Positions 30,846-45,204 are shown, counted from the stretch's first letter. The stretch is 64,000 bases of DNA from the human T2T-CHM13v2.0 reference genome, Homo sapiens (GCF_009914755.1 NC_060931.1), one strand, 5' to 3'. Numbers and translations: made by a program. The notes: generated from the letters alone by a model not told the origin.

Positions 30846-31207
30846 ATCTTCAGATCCTAAGAGTTTAAAGGTCCAGGAGCTGAATTATACCTAGCCTGTC
30901 ATCCCCTCTGTGGGATGTCATTTGGTCAAGGGATAAGAGTAAGTTCAGCTGACCATGAAGGAGGTCCAGGATGTTCAGACAGTGTAGAGCATCTAGACGG
31001 ATAGCAACAGACTGCAAGCGTAGTTGAGGTGTGAATGCAGGGTCAAGGAATCACAGCCACAAGGACGCAGCATGTTGAGAATCCAGAGCACACAGCAAAG
31101 TTCAAAGCAGGCAAAGTCTGTTGGCACTAAGAAGGATTCAGATTTTGCCACTGAGAATGAGTAGAAAGTGGCAAGAGAAAGCAGGTTTTGAGTTCTTGGA
31201 AGTCTAG

Positions 31208-31715
<508 letters not shown>

Positions 31716-34700
31716 CAGATGATGTACATTACTCAGCACAGAGCCTAATGAAGTCTTACTTATGCTTTCCATTTCAGCTCCTACCCTCTAATACCCTCTT
31801 TCCTTTGCATCCCCATCATCTAGTGTGTCTCCATAAATATTTATTTAATAAATTAATGTACTGGCTACCAGAAAGGGAACACAAGGTCCAAAGAACTGAC
31901 CTGCAGCCCTTTCAGATCCCCCTTGCCAGGAGTGAGATCAAACCAGAGTCTGAAGGTGGGAATGAACCAAAGGTTACTCCACTCTAGGTACTGAAAAGTG
32001 TGAGGACAGGGAACTGGCCCAGTGAAAACCGTACATGGATGATATCCATAACATGACCATAACCTCCCAAATTTAGGAAGATTTGGCTTTCTGATTCATT
32101 GGAATAATTTGGAGACAAGGAAGTTTTGTGGAGGATCAGTTCAGTTTTATCTGGCGTGTGGCTGGGTACAAACAGCTATGCAGATTTCATAGCCTCCTCA
32201 CTGCTGACACCGTAAGTCTTTATAGTTCCTACCCCCTCTAACTGTGGCCTACTGCAGGTCTAACTGATATGTGCTTATCAGCATAGTCTTTTTATGCACA
32301 CCAACCATCCAACAGGATAGCATAGGGCCTGGGGAGGGACTGGCACCAAGACCTCTGTGCCTGTCTCATCATTATGTCCTTGTTAGGCAGTTTTGCAGTT
32401 AATTGAAAGCAATTTTAAATTGTTTTCATGGTTTTACCGTCAGTTCCACTTTTAACTTCCTAATAGTCCAGAGTTTTTTCTTTAGAAATGAGATATTCTT
32501 GCCTAACCCTTTCTTCCTAATTAGTTTAATAAATAAGATAAAAATGACCTCCAAACAAGTGACCAACATTTCCTTATCCTTTTGGGTACATCTGTTTCAC
32601 TCCTCTTCTACTGAGTGACTTTTGCATGGAAGCAGCCCAAATCATCTTCAGTAAAGTACTATCTCTTCCTAATGCAGCTAATCATAAATAATGATCATAA
32701 ATTTATGATCCCTAATCATAAATAATGATCCCTCTTCAGAGACACCAAAGGGTACAGCAAATGCATGAGTTCATTAATTCTTCTTGACCTGTAGCAAAAT
32801 ATCCGAAAATCAACCCCTGAGTACCCAGATCCAAGAATTCTCTCTGGTACCATTAGGCGCCTTAAAACAAAACAAAAACAACTCTAGTTCTCCACTCTCC
32901 ATTGGGTATACAGAGAACCACAAAAGGGCCCACAGATCTAAAGCGACGGATATCAACTAAACCCCCATATGTTTAAGACATAATAATAATGATCAGAAAA
33001 GTAAATGGGAAAAATTGATTTTAACTATCTTGCCAAAAATATTGCTCAAATTCTTTTTTCAGATAGGGCAATGTGTAATATGAAAACTGAGGCTTCTCTA
33101 TCTAATAGCACTCTCTGGAATTCACTATTCCCTCCTCTCACAGGTTTCCTTTTGGGTGCCACCTCTTTTTTTCGTAAAGCCTTTCTTATGAGCTGCAGTT
33201 AAAAGAGCCACAGCCATCATTGGTCTTCTTCATTCCTTTCCCTAAAACTAGGTGTGGGTGAGCCCTCCAGGACCCTAGGCTTCCAAGTTCCTGTACAGAA
33301 CTTGGAATCTTGGAATCTAGATCTCAAGGGTGCAGGGTTTACTCCTAGAAGATCCTGGTCTGGAAGAGCAGGTCTCAGAGAACAGAAGCCATGGGCCTCA
33401 GTCCAACTATGACTCTGGAAGACAACTTAGGGTTGAGATTAGACCAGAGGCTGTAACACTGTGTTGCATTTAAATCTTGACTTCACAGACTTACCTTTTG
33501 CATCAGCAATCAGATGACCAGGAATTCTGGTCATTTCCCTACAGAATACACAACTGGGGGAAACTGAATGGAAAATGATAACTTTTGGGCAAGCTTTAGG
33601 GAATTTAAATGTGGGTATAGGTGTGTTCCCCCTCCCCTACCCCCCAGCAGGCCCTGGCAGATTCCAGCTGGAATTCCACCTTTATATTCCTTTCTAGGTG
33701 TCTTTGTTAAGCATTACAAGTAATGTCCCTGTCACCCTTGGCAAATAGCAAGAATTTTTCCATGTAAAAAAAAAAACAAATTATAGGTGGAAGAGGGAGG
33801 GCTGGACATAAAAACAACAGCCCACACATTGCCTCAGGGTGAGCAGGAAAATATCAGGGCAGTACCAGATACCTGCAGGGGAGTTAATCAGATCACAGTA
33901 GGTGAGAGCTGATTGACCAGCCACTCTAGGCTCTCCCTCCACCCACTTCCCATTGGAAGTGCTAAGCAATGTGCAGGTAGGAGGAGAGCAGCATAAAGCA
34001 ATGTGCACAGAATTATAAAAGCACAGAATTATAATCCCTTTACATTTGAAAGTGCTTTCTATTGTAGTCAATGTCTATATCATCCAAATTAAATGTTAAA
34101 ATATACCCAAAATAATCAATAAAACATTTTCCCATCCAAATTAAAATGACCAACACAGAACACAAAATACAAATTTTCCAATTAGAACTGTCTTTACATT
34201 GTCTAATTTGCAATACTAAGTTTCATTCCAAACACATTTTTAAAACAACTATTCCTCATTCAAAGTCACACAAAAACTAGGTCTATGTTCCAAGGAAATG
34301 TGTGTGCATATACAAGTGTTGTAAGGTTTGTGTGGAGATCATTAATTTGGGTTCGAATGTTTCTTTCCTTTAGTATGTGCTGATTCACCAAGAGTTAATG
34401 TATTTTAAAACTATTAAATATTTTTATGTTCTAGCATAAATTCTCAAACTACAGGGTTACTTGCGTAACAATGCTATTATGAATTGAATTTGATTATAAA
34501 ATACTTGTTATGCATGTGATGTTCCACTAAATGATTTTTCCCCTTATTAATGACTAGTTAACGGAAATAATATCAGAATTCCAATAATAGCAACAGAACG
34601 GTGGCACTCTAAAGCACTGGACCATCAGGGCAAAGAGGAGACCAACTTGCCTTAAGTTACTTACTAAGTAGTTTTAGGGAAAAATGGTTGAGTTTCAAGC

Positions 34701-35049
34701 TGGTTATCTCTCGAATGGATCTGTTCAAGACATGTCAGACCCGGGACCATGTTGCATTCACAAAGAAAATGGTACCATGTCAGGTGTATTAAACAATAGC
34801 CCAGGCTTTGCCTGGCACATCCTAACTATTTTGATGGCCGTGTTTTGCATTTGGAACCTTCCACATTTAGCACAGAGGAACTTCACAAATATTGTACACC
34901 AATAAGTACTCAAGACATATGTTTGAAATTTTTATGTAAATTTTATGAAAATTTATTCTGCTTTCACATTCATTTATAACTATTACGTTCACTAATTTAA
35001 AGGACATTTGTCTTATAACAGTCCTCAAATTCCTTGCTTTCCAGTTTAA

Positions 35050-36880
35050 AATAGTTTTATTTTAACCCACCCTCTCTCCTTTCCTTTCTGTCTTAGAGGA
35101 GGAGGGAGATGCACACCTCATTTCTTTCTGTTGCATCTTTGATCCCACTCGTTCCTGCCTCTTTGGGGGCCTTCCACCATCCATTGCCACTCCCTACTTT
35201 CATCTCTTCTTTTCCACTAGATTCTTCTCTTGAGTCTGTAATTAGGGACATGTCCGACTGATCTTAAAACTTCACTGTATCTTTCAAGCAATTCTCCTTT
35301 ATTCCATATTTATTTAACCTTCAAATTTCTGAAAAGAATAATATTTATGCACTGTTTAACTTTATTTTCCACATACTCTTTAACCCTATGTCATTTCACT
35401 ACTGTTCCTGCAATGCCCTGGGATCTCAAAGGTTGCTAATTACCTCTTTTAAAAATTCCTCTTGGATCTTGGTATTTATCTTCCTCACTCGAGGGAATCT
35501 GGCCCCCCACTTTCTTAAAATGTGCTTCCCCTTGGACACAGTGCTTTCCTAGTTCTTCTACTTCTTTGATTGTTCCTTCTCTATCTTCTCTTCCTACCCT
35601 ACCCCAGGGAGTAGGGAGTATTTTGATCCTTAGCTCCTGTCTTCTTCCCTTCAAGACTCCCTTTTCTGAAATGTCATCTAGTATCAGAGTTTCATTGTCT
35701 TCTCTCTGTGATGGCCTCCTGATCTAAATTTCAGTGCTCATCCTCTCTCCTTTACAGCGCATGTATCTCAAGAGCCTGCTGGAGTTTTTCAGCTAGATGG
35801 CCTCCAGTCACCTTCAAAACTGAGTCCACTAACTCATTCCCCACTTATGTCAGCCTCTCCTGCTATATTGCTGGGCCTGCTGATGGCCTCACTTTCCTAG
35901 TCTTGGAGTCAGTAGGATCAGCATTGACTCCTCCATCTCCTTCTTCCCAATGTCAATTAATTTTCAGATATCATTGGTTTTACTTGTGCAATAATTCTTG
36001 TCTTTTTTTTTTTGCTTTGTTCTCACAAACACTATCTGAATTCAAGCCCTCCTTACTTCTCTCCTGAGCTATTATAATCACCTCTTAACTAATCTCCTCT
36101 CCTGGTCTCTTACTTCTCTGTACCATGCTACACACCTCTGCTATCCAATAAGGATAGCAGGTGGCTAGTAAGCACTTGAAATATAACTAGTCCCACTTGA
36201 GATGTGCAGTAAGTGTAAAAAACACACCAGATACAGAATAATTTATACTAAAACATTTCAAATTCCTCATTAATAATTTTTATATTGATTACATGCTGAC
36301 ATGATAATATATTAAAATTAATTTCATCTCTTTTGTTATGACTAGAAAATTTAAAACTGCATATATGGCTTTAAATATATTTCCATTAGCTAGGGCTGCT
36401 AGAGAGCATAGTAAGGCTTGTCTTATTTTTCTTCTCAACAGCTTTGACTGCTTCTCATTACCATAAAATTATATTAACAATAGAAGCAACAACTAACATA
36501 TATTATTTTACAAAATAATATGTGTAATATCTGCGTACTTCAGTATCAAATGCAAATCTATTAGTTCAACATTTCATGCCCTGAGCCATCTGGTGCCAAC
36601 CTATATTTTCCATTCATTCATTCACTTATTCCACAGATATGAATTCTCTGCCTCTATTCTCTTATTTATTCTTCACATCCTTCAGAACCTTGTCTGCCAC
36701 ATTCATTACCTTGCTTTCACACTGTTCTCTCTTTGTTAATTATGTTCCTTTTGCTGAGATCTCTCCTCTCATTTTCACATGTTTACATCCTTTCCTTCTT
36801 CATCATCTTTAATAAAATCTTCCACGCTTCACCCATGCTAAGAAAGAACTCCCTGCCCCCAAAACGTCAGCACTCTGTAG
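35050..36880 (+). mobile_element. L2 (degenerate), interrupted by MER33
   Basis: Pyrimidine-rich L2-like tracts (TTCTTAAAATGTGCTTCCCCTTGG, TTGACTCCTCCATCTCC, CTCCTGAGCTATTATAATCACCTCTTAACT). Confidence 0.6.
36138..36398. mobile_element. MER33 hAT-Charlie element
   Basis: GTGGCTAGTAAGCACTTGAAAT...TGAGATGTGCAGTAAGTGTAAAA...TATATTGATTACATG...ACTAGAAAATTTAAAA. Confidence 0.75.
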
Positions 36881-37506
36881 TGTGTGTGAATGGCTCCATA
36901 ATCAGAAAAGCCATGCTTGCTTTCTTATTCATCCATTCAAGTCAAATCAAGCCTGCTGACCTCTCTCCCACCAGACCTGGTAGGAAGCCACATCTCCCTT
37001 CCTTGTTTGCACCCTCATGGACCCATACAAGAATTCCAAGGCTTAGGTGGTCTTGGTAAATAGGAAAAGACTTGGCGACAGATAGTCCTGGCAGCTCCTC
37101 ACCCAGGCCAGAGTGGTGTTGCAGCAGCACCATGGGTGGCCTTCATGCTTCACACAACCCCCAGCTGGGGTACAAATCCTAGATCCCCAACAAGACTCTG
37201 TAGTTCTTCTCATCTGGAACTCAGCTCTTCTGATCCGACCATCCATCCCTTGAACACAACACACCAGTTTCCGCTTCCAAACCCCCCTCCAGATCAATCC
37301 CCTTCCTCTTTCAAAATCCATAGCAAGAAGCAGAAACCAAGATTACAGTTGGTTTCCCAATATATCACTCTGTTTCCTCTCTACTTCTTTCTCTCCTAAT
37401 GGGTTTCCATAGTCCAAAATTTCTTCCTCAGAGAAGGTTCAACCCCTTCCCCTTCCAACCCCCACTAGCCAAACAGTCACTACCTTCTTTGGGCTTTCAC
37501 AGAATC

Positions 37507-38115
<609 letters not shown>

Positions 38116-38139
38116 AACATCTTTATTAAAGCATTTCAC

Positions 38140-39030
38140 TTTGTTTTGTTCTCAATACATGCTAGATACTCTGTGTACATTATCTCATTTAATCCTCATT
38201 TATTACTTTACTTAGGATAAGCTAATTGTCTGAGATCACACAGCTAGTAAATAGAGGAACCAAGATTTTTTTTTTAATACTTTTAAGTTTTAGGATACAT
38301 GTGCACAACGTGCAGGTTTGTTACATATGTATACATGTGTCATGTTGGTGTGCTGCACCCATTAACTCGTCATTTAGCATTAGTTATATCTCCTAATGCT
38401 ATCCCTCCTCCTTCCCCCCACCCCACAATAGTCCCCAGTGTGTGATGTTCCCCTTCCTGTGTCCATGCGTTCTCGTTGTTCAATTCCCACCTATGAGTGA
38501 GAATATGCGGTGTTTGGTTTTTTGTCCTTGCGATAGTTTGCTGAGAATGATGTTTTCCAGCTTCATCCATGTCCCTACAAAGGACATGAATTCATCCTTT
38601 TTTATGGCTGCATAGTATTCCATGGTGTATATGTGCCACATTTTCTTAATCCAGTCTATCATTGTTGGACCTTTGGGTTGGTTCCAAGTCTTTGCTATTC
38701 TGAATAGTGCTGCAATAAACATACGTGTGCATGTGTCTTTATAGCAGCATGATTTATAATCCTTTGGGTATATACCCAGTAATGGGATGGCTGGGTCAAA
38801 TGGTATTTCTAGTTCTAGATCCCTGAGGAATCGCCACACTGACTTCCACAAGGGTTGAACTAGTTTACAGTCCCACCAACAGTGTAAAAGTGTTCCTATT
38901 TCTCCACATCCTCTCCAGCACCTGTTGTTTCCTGATTTTTTTAATGATCGCCATTCTAACTGGGAACCAAGATTTTTAAACAAAGCTGCGCTGGTTCCAA
39001 AGTCTGCATTTAGCCATTAACTTGTATTTC
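38140..39030 (-). mobile_element. MIR split by an L1 insertion
   Basis: ATTATCTCATTTAATCCTCA...GATCACACAGCTAGTAAAT before the L1 and CTGGTTCCAAAGTC after it. Confidence 0.7.
38271..38962 (-). mobile_element. 5'-truncated L1PA (about PA5-7), 3'UTR plus ORF2 C-terminus
   Basis: ORF 38480-38983 encodes the ORF2p CCHC C-terminus; 15-bp TSD GGAACCAAGATTTTT at 38256-38270 and 38963-38977 at a TTTTT/AA endonuclease site. Confidence 0.96.
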
Positions 39031-39563
39031 CTTAGCTTAAATATAATGAAATGAAGCCCCTGAATATGTATCTCATCATCACTACCAGATGTTAGGAGCA
39101 CTGCACTTCCTGTGCTTAACTTAGAGATGTGAATGGAAAGTATTTGTGGGATCCCTTCCTCCCAGAAGGGAAAACTTGGAGGAATTTTAGTCTAAGCTCT
39201 TAAACTCTCCAGTACCCCAAAGTATTTTTAGATGTCATTTCTGCCTCTTTATGATATAAAATTAAAGGCCTAAGTGAAGAACAAGGTCCCCTTTGCTCAT
39301 TCCATCATTCCTGCCCTAAATAGCCCTTGTCTTCCTACCACCAGGAGAAATCATTCCTTGGACTATATGCTGGGTAACTTCACTGGGGATGCTGTGATGG
39401 AAAAGTAGATTATCTGATTACCATTATTATCATACTATCGTTCTCGAGTTTGACTGACAAAACAAAAAAAAAAGCATTCTTCCCAGAGCATGTCTTATGC
39501 ATTGATAAGTTTCACTTATGTGTCAGAACAAAACATTGCAAATTTACCCAGTAAAGAAGATTC

Positions 39564-39621
39564 ATATGTACTCCTGAACCGAAAATAAAAGTTGAGAAAA
39601 GGAAAAAAAAAAAAAAAAAAG
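39564..39621 (+). mobile_element. Ultra-short L1 3'-terminal insertion
   Basis: ATGTACTCCTGAACCGAAAATAAAAGTT plus poly-A; 10-bp TSD AAGAAGATTC at 39554-39563 and 39622-39631. Confidence 0.8.
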
Positions 39622-40224
39622 AAGAAGATTCTTAGGTTTCAGCTCCAAAAGTAAAGTTTTCTTTTGAACATTTTAATTTAAACACACACACATACACACA
39701 CACAGGTACACATATAACGTGAGGGGATATATGCAGTAAAGGTAGAACAACAATAAAGCCAACTGGAATCCACATGAGAAGTCTTTGTCTTCATCTGAGA
39801 GCTGACAGATCTGCCACTTTCAGTAAACAGCCTCTGATATGCATTTTGGGGGTGAAATCTCATTTCTCTTCTGCTGTTACTATGGTTACCATCCTACAGA
39901 ATCCCTGCACACACCAATTAAAAAAAAAAAAAAAGGAGGAAAGGAGAGCACAAACATAAATTAAATATTAACACACCCCCTCCAAGCTGGAGGAGTCACT
40001 GCCGGGAACTTGCCTGGAGTCTGGTTAGGAATCTTTTGGCCCTGATATCCCGGTGTTGCCCATTAATCCCATTTCCAGTGCTACTGTGGAAGGCACCAGA
40101 TACCTGGAGTGGGTAGAGAGGCTGAGCCAGGCTTGGCTTCTTGTAATCACAGAGCCCTGACACCTGAGTCACAAGGTCCTAACCTTTTGTAGACTGATGC
40201 AAGTGACTTGTGAGAAGCCAGGAG

Positions 40225-40319
40225 CCAAAGGCCTGGGTTTTAGGGAGGGGAACCCTAGGTGTGGGGTGAACCAAAGGCCTGGGTTTTAGGGAGGTGGGAA
40301 CCCTAGGTGTGGGGTGGAA
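40225..40319. repeat. 46-49-bp G-rich tandem duplication
   Basis: CCAAAGGCCTGGGTTTTAGGGAGG..GGAACCCTAGGTGTGGGGTG occurs twice (40225, 40271). Confidence 0.92.
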
Positions 40320-40384
40320 CAAGCATAGCTGCCCAAGGCCCAAATAATTTTTGCCAGATTTCTTTCTTAAGGCAGATCTATCAT

Positions 40385-40520
40385 GGATCCTCAGTTTCTT
40401 AAACTCTTACATAAGTACAAAATAATAATGCCTGTACCACAGGGCTATTGTGAGAATTAAATATAATAGTCACAGTGAACATATCTTGGGAACTCATGGT
40501 GCTACAAAATGCAGTTTCTA
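40385..40520 (+). mobile_element. MIR fragment
   Basis: CCTCAGTTTC...AATAATGCCT...AGGGCTATTGTGAGAATTAAAT. Confidence 0.6.
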
Positions 40521-40789
40521 ATCTTTGTGGATATGTGACAACAAAGTCAGCCACCGCTACCATGACTGGAAGAAATTTCCCATGAGTCTACAAAAGGTTA
40601 GGACCCATGAGTTCTATCAAACTGTCTGCAATGAGGCTTCCCTTGTCACTCATTTCTGCCTTTCATTCTAGATATCTTGTCTTCGTGCTCAAAGAAGAAC
40701 ATTGGGCCAAGAACATTTAATCGCCAGTGAATTTCAGTCCTTATTTGTTGCATTCACATATACTTTACCTGCTGTACATGGAAGCAATG

Positions 40790-41070
40790 TTTTTTTTTTT
40801 TTTTTTTGAGACAGGGTCTCACTCTGTTGCCCAGGTTTGAGTGCAGGGTCTCACTCTGCCTCCAGGTTCAAGAGATTCTTGTGCCTCGGCCACCCAAGTA
40901 GCTGGGACTACAGGCGCCTGCCACCACGCCCTGCTAACTTTTGTATTTTTAGTAGAGACGGGGTTTCACCATGTTGACCAGGTTGGTCTCGAACTCCTGA
41001 CCTCAAGCGATCTGCCCACCTCTGCCTTCCAAAGTGTTGGGATTATAGGTGTGAGCCACAGCGCCTAGCC
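40790..41070 (-). mobile_element. AluS (Sx/Sz-like) with an internal rearrangement
   Basis: Poly-T plus dimeric Alu; CAGGGTCTCACTCTG is repeated in place of part of the right arm. Confidence 0.93.
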
Positions 41071-42376
41071 AGAAACAGTTTTTAATAAAACTTTATTTTC
41101 CCTTGGCAATAAGAATGCTTAGAAATGCCAGCTCTCAGGACACAGATAGGTCCACAATCAATTCTCAGCTAAAAACAGAACATTTAAGTAAATTTTAAAA
41201 TGGAAAGTTGTATTCAACCTATTCTTCCTTTGAAGACCAATTCCAAAAATGTTCAAAGATTTTTTTTTCCATGAGGACAGTGGGTCTAATGTTTGGGCAT
41301 GGGTATTTCCAGGTGCAATAACTCATTTAAACTCATTCATAAAAATGAAGCATGATTGGAAGTCATTTTTACTCCAAAAGTAATGGCACAGTATATGACT
41401 TTTTATTGCCTTAATTTTATTTCTGAGGGAAATGGTGTCATCTTAACTACCTTATGAGGAAAAGAGGAATATAAGGATAAGAGTCAGGAGACAGAGTCTA
41501 GTTTTCACTTTGCCATCAACCTGTTGGGTAATGTTAGAAACACCACTTAACCTTCATCTACCTATTTGCTCATTTGCAAAATGAATAGCACTTTCCCTTT
41601 TCACCTTGCTGTAAACAAAATGATTGATGTCAATGTGCTCTGAACATAAAGATTGTTTAATGTTATGCCAAGCCTGCATTGTTTACATTTTTGTTAGCAT
41701 TTGCTCTTAAAGGAAGAAACTGTTAAGGTTGCAATGAAGCATGACCGAGCTCTTATATTCAAGATATTATCTTGGTACCACCCTTGTGCAGGCCATGTTG
41801 GAAAGGTCTGTCTACTGCCAGCCTGGTTCCATGACTCAGAGACCTTTGGAGAAAGTACTTCAAGAGAATGAGGGACTTCTTTGTGTTAGCTTTTGGTGCT
41901 CCAATATTGTATCATTAATTACAGACTGTTTTTCCTCCCCAAAGAGACCTAGTGACGAGTAATAAGATGAATTAGCTCAATCTGTTACGTTAATTTCTTT
42001 TTATTGGGACGCTTAAATCATTAAACTAATGATCTCATCCATATTTTGAAGCAAGTTAATAAAATGCATGCAGTTATAATCACATTTAACCCCAAAACTA
42101 TATAGAACTTGGTAATTTGCTTGCTTTAAAAGATTCCATTTATTTCAGTTGTGCTTTCTTACCAGTAGAAGAAAAAAAGGAAAATACTGCTGGAAATAAA
42201 ATAATAAAACAAGCCAGCAGATTAAAAAGATGTTTTACAATTTTTGTTTTTCCAAATGCAGTAAATGTATTATTCTTTAACGTAAGACTGAGTCAGAAAG
42301 ATGAGCACTGTATATGTGGATGGGTAGATGTCTACAGTGACTATGCATTGCCTACTGATGTGATGTCTGTTTCCAG

Positions 42377-42440
42377 GACTGATTCAGTCCGAGAAGAGAT
42401 GGGAAAGTCAGTAGATATTGAAGCCTCAGAGGTTCCACAG
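42377..42440 (+). other. Candidate 64-nt spliced exon (host transcript unidentified)
   Basis: Branch-like TACTGAT (42353-42359), acceptor TCTGTTTCCAG|G, donor CAG|GTAACC; purine-rich body; one open frame (TDSVREEMGKSVDIEASEVPQ). Confidence 0.35.
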
Positions 42441-42819
42441 GTAACCAACCCTAAGCCTTTCGTTTTAATAGTGACGTCATTCTTCTGAGGTTTGTCCTCA
42501 AAAACAGCTGAGGCAGCTAGACACCTTCTGGGAGTTTATTTCAACAAACTGACAATTTTATCAATATCTCCGTGATTCCTTCTAATCAACTGGAGATCAA
42601 TACTTGATACTTTAAGAAACAAAGTTGAAAGAATTTTTTATAGCTTAGTTTATAATTTTACCAAGTAGTGCTTACTAAAATTTGCTTTATAAAGCTGAAA
42701 ATGTCAACATTTCACCTTTATGAAGGAAACAAGATAATTAGTGAATTCAATGATAAATAGACATATCTACGAAACCGCAATTTCAGTGCTGAGAACTTTG
42801 TGTGTTTACAAAGGCTGAG

Positions 42820-43430
42820 GTCCCTGTGGTTTTTGCGCTAATATCTCTTCAGTCCACTCATCTCCTCTCTCCCAGTTACTCTTGGCTACTTCAAACTTCC
42901 ATTCCCTCTCACCTGGACCATTATAATATTGCTTTTTGGTCCCCTGCTTCACATCTTTTGCACTTTTACCACCTTTCCCTCGCCACAGAGGGCAGAGTGA
43001 ATTTTCTAAACACAAATCAGATTATTCGCAAGCCTAAAATTCTTGAGCAAATCCCTGCCCATACAGTAAACCCTCCTTTGTGTTCAGATGTGATTGCATA
43101 CAGTTCTGTAAATGCCCTGTCCTCCTTCACGTCTCCCAGCCTCCTCTCCCAAGAACAGCCCCACTGGCCTTTCAAATGCCTTCTCATCCTTCAAGTGGCA
43201 AATGTCCCTGAGATGCCCTCTCAAACCTGCCGCATCTCTCCTATAATCCCAGGCAGCTTTACTCTCTAGCTTAACCTGTATAGAGTTATCTCAGTATATA
43301 CACTTGTCATTTTATATTGCAACTTGGTATTTACCTCTTGCCTCTGCATCTTTATCTTTAATATATCTCCAGGGTTTATCACAATATCTGGCAAAAAAAA
43401 ATGCTCAATAAATGTTTATTGATTGAAGGA
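42820..43430 (+). mobile_element. L2 3' fragment
   Basis: CTCTCACCTGGACCATTATAATA and terminal ATGCTCAATAAATGTTTATTGATTGAA. Confidence 0.75.
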
Positions 43431-45204
43431 AGGAAAGAATAAAGGAAGGAACAAGCTGTATAGTTTGGTGTATCCTTTTGAATTCCAAATATTATTCCTT
43501 GGTTAATCATAGGTATATTTCCACAGACTCTTTACAATGTAATAAACCAATATCATATACCATTTTAATGCTGCTTTCCTTTCAACAGCATTCGTTCTAC
43601 TAATTTAAAAGCTATTAAGTAAGATGAAGCCTCAAAACCAGTCAACTGAACAGCTGCAGTCACTTGGGAGCAGTTAGTGCTCTATACAGTTGCTAATATG
43701 ATTTAAACTAAAGGCAAATCTTTTTAGTTTTTAAGTTAAGAGTAAATAAGATGCTAATAAAATTTGGAGTTCTATCTAAAGGCACTTTTTTTTGCATGAG
43801 TTTTTATTGCTGTGAATTGTAGAACTAAAGATACACCTCTATCCCCTAAACATAATGGTGAGTCATACTGATAGTCACTCATGCCTCTTCTGGAGGTTTG
43901 AGGCTGTATTTCCCAGGCCTTGCTTTTCTCTGACGTCCACCATAAACTACCCTGAATTGAAAGATTGTGGATTGGTTGACCTGATACAGCCTGGGGCTCA
44001 GATATGTCAAGAGACATATCTGAAAGAAAGTTTGAAAGAAAGTTCTAGAAATGATAGATTCCAATTTGAAATAGGGTGAAAAGGAAAACCTGACAGGAAA
44101 CCAAATATATTCTGCAGCTATGTTTAGACTCTGCGATTGAATTAGCAGTAGCATAGCTGATTTGGTGATTGTTGTCTGTTTTCTTTTTCTGGCTGTAATA
44201 ACTAGATTTCTGAAAAATAAGTTAGATCAATTGTACTGTTCTAGGAATCAAATTAACTGAAAGGAATTTCAAAATAATCAGATTGTGCTCTGCTTATTGT
44301 AAATGCATTTGGACAATGAGGTGGAAATTAGATTCCTGAAGATACCTACAAGAAAAAAATGATTTTGTGAAAATAGACATGAATCATCTAACCTTTACAT
44401 ACCAATATTGAGATTGTATGGATATCAAAAATTAATTCAGATTTTTTTCACATCCAAAAGAACTGCAGATGTAGTCTCCTAACTGTATAGCACATTGCTT
44501 TCTATGTTACATGAGGAAGCAAAATGCAACTTGCTTGCTAACACCTGAAAGAGTTAAAATTTGTTGTCTTTGTCCCATGGATTGGAATTTGGAAATAAAT
44601 TCCTCTTTTACTGGAAGAATAGGGAAGAAGTCACTGTTGAGTGCTTCAGTTTAAGAACTGTGCTTCAGTTTAAGAAGCATAAAGCTATTATGCTTACTAC
44701 CAAATTAAGGGTTAAGAAAAAGGTTTTACATTCTTATTTGAAGTAAAAATGATGTGCAGCAAAAGAGTATAGAAATGGCATCTACATGTTGGCTAAGCCA
44801 TCTGGACTGTGACTACATGAATTCTTACTGCCCTGGGTCCCATTCTCGAGCTACATGAAGATTACAGAAGATTGTGCTTGTGGTTCAGGGTGAACCTAGG
44901 ATGCTGTGTTCTACCTGCCCCCCATCACACACCACCTCCCAATGTATTTGTGCAAGATCCTTGCCAGGAAGATAAAATGGACTAAGAAATGTGACTTGCC
45001 TAAAGTGCTTTCCCAGCCCTCACAACTCAGAGGATTTCCAAGAACATTTATTTTTTCCAATGTCGGTATTGTTAGGGCATAAATAGTATTCTTATTGTTT
45101 ACACAACTCTATTCCATACTAACTTACAGGATGGTTCTGATAAGTCTAGTTTTCAGGGTATTAGCTTATAAAATGATAAGACTCAGTAATATCTGGGTTC
45201 TCAG

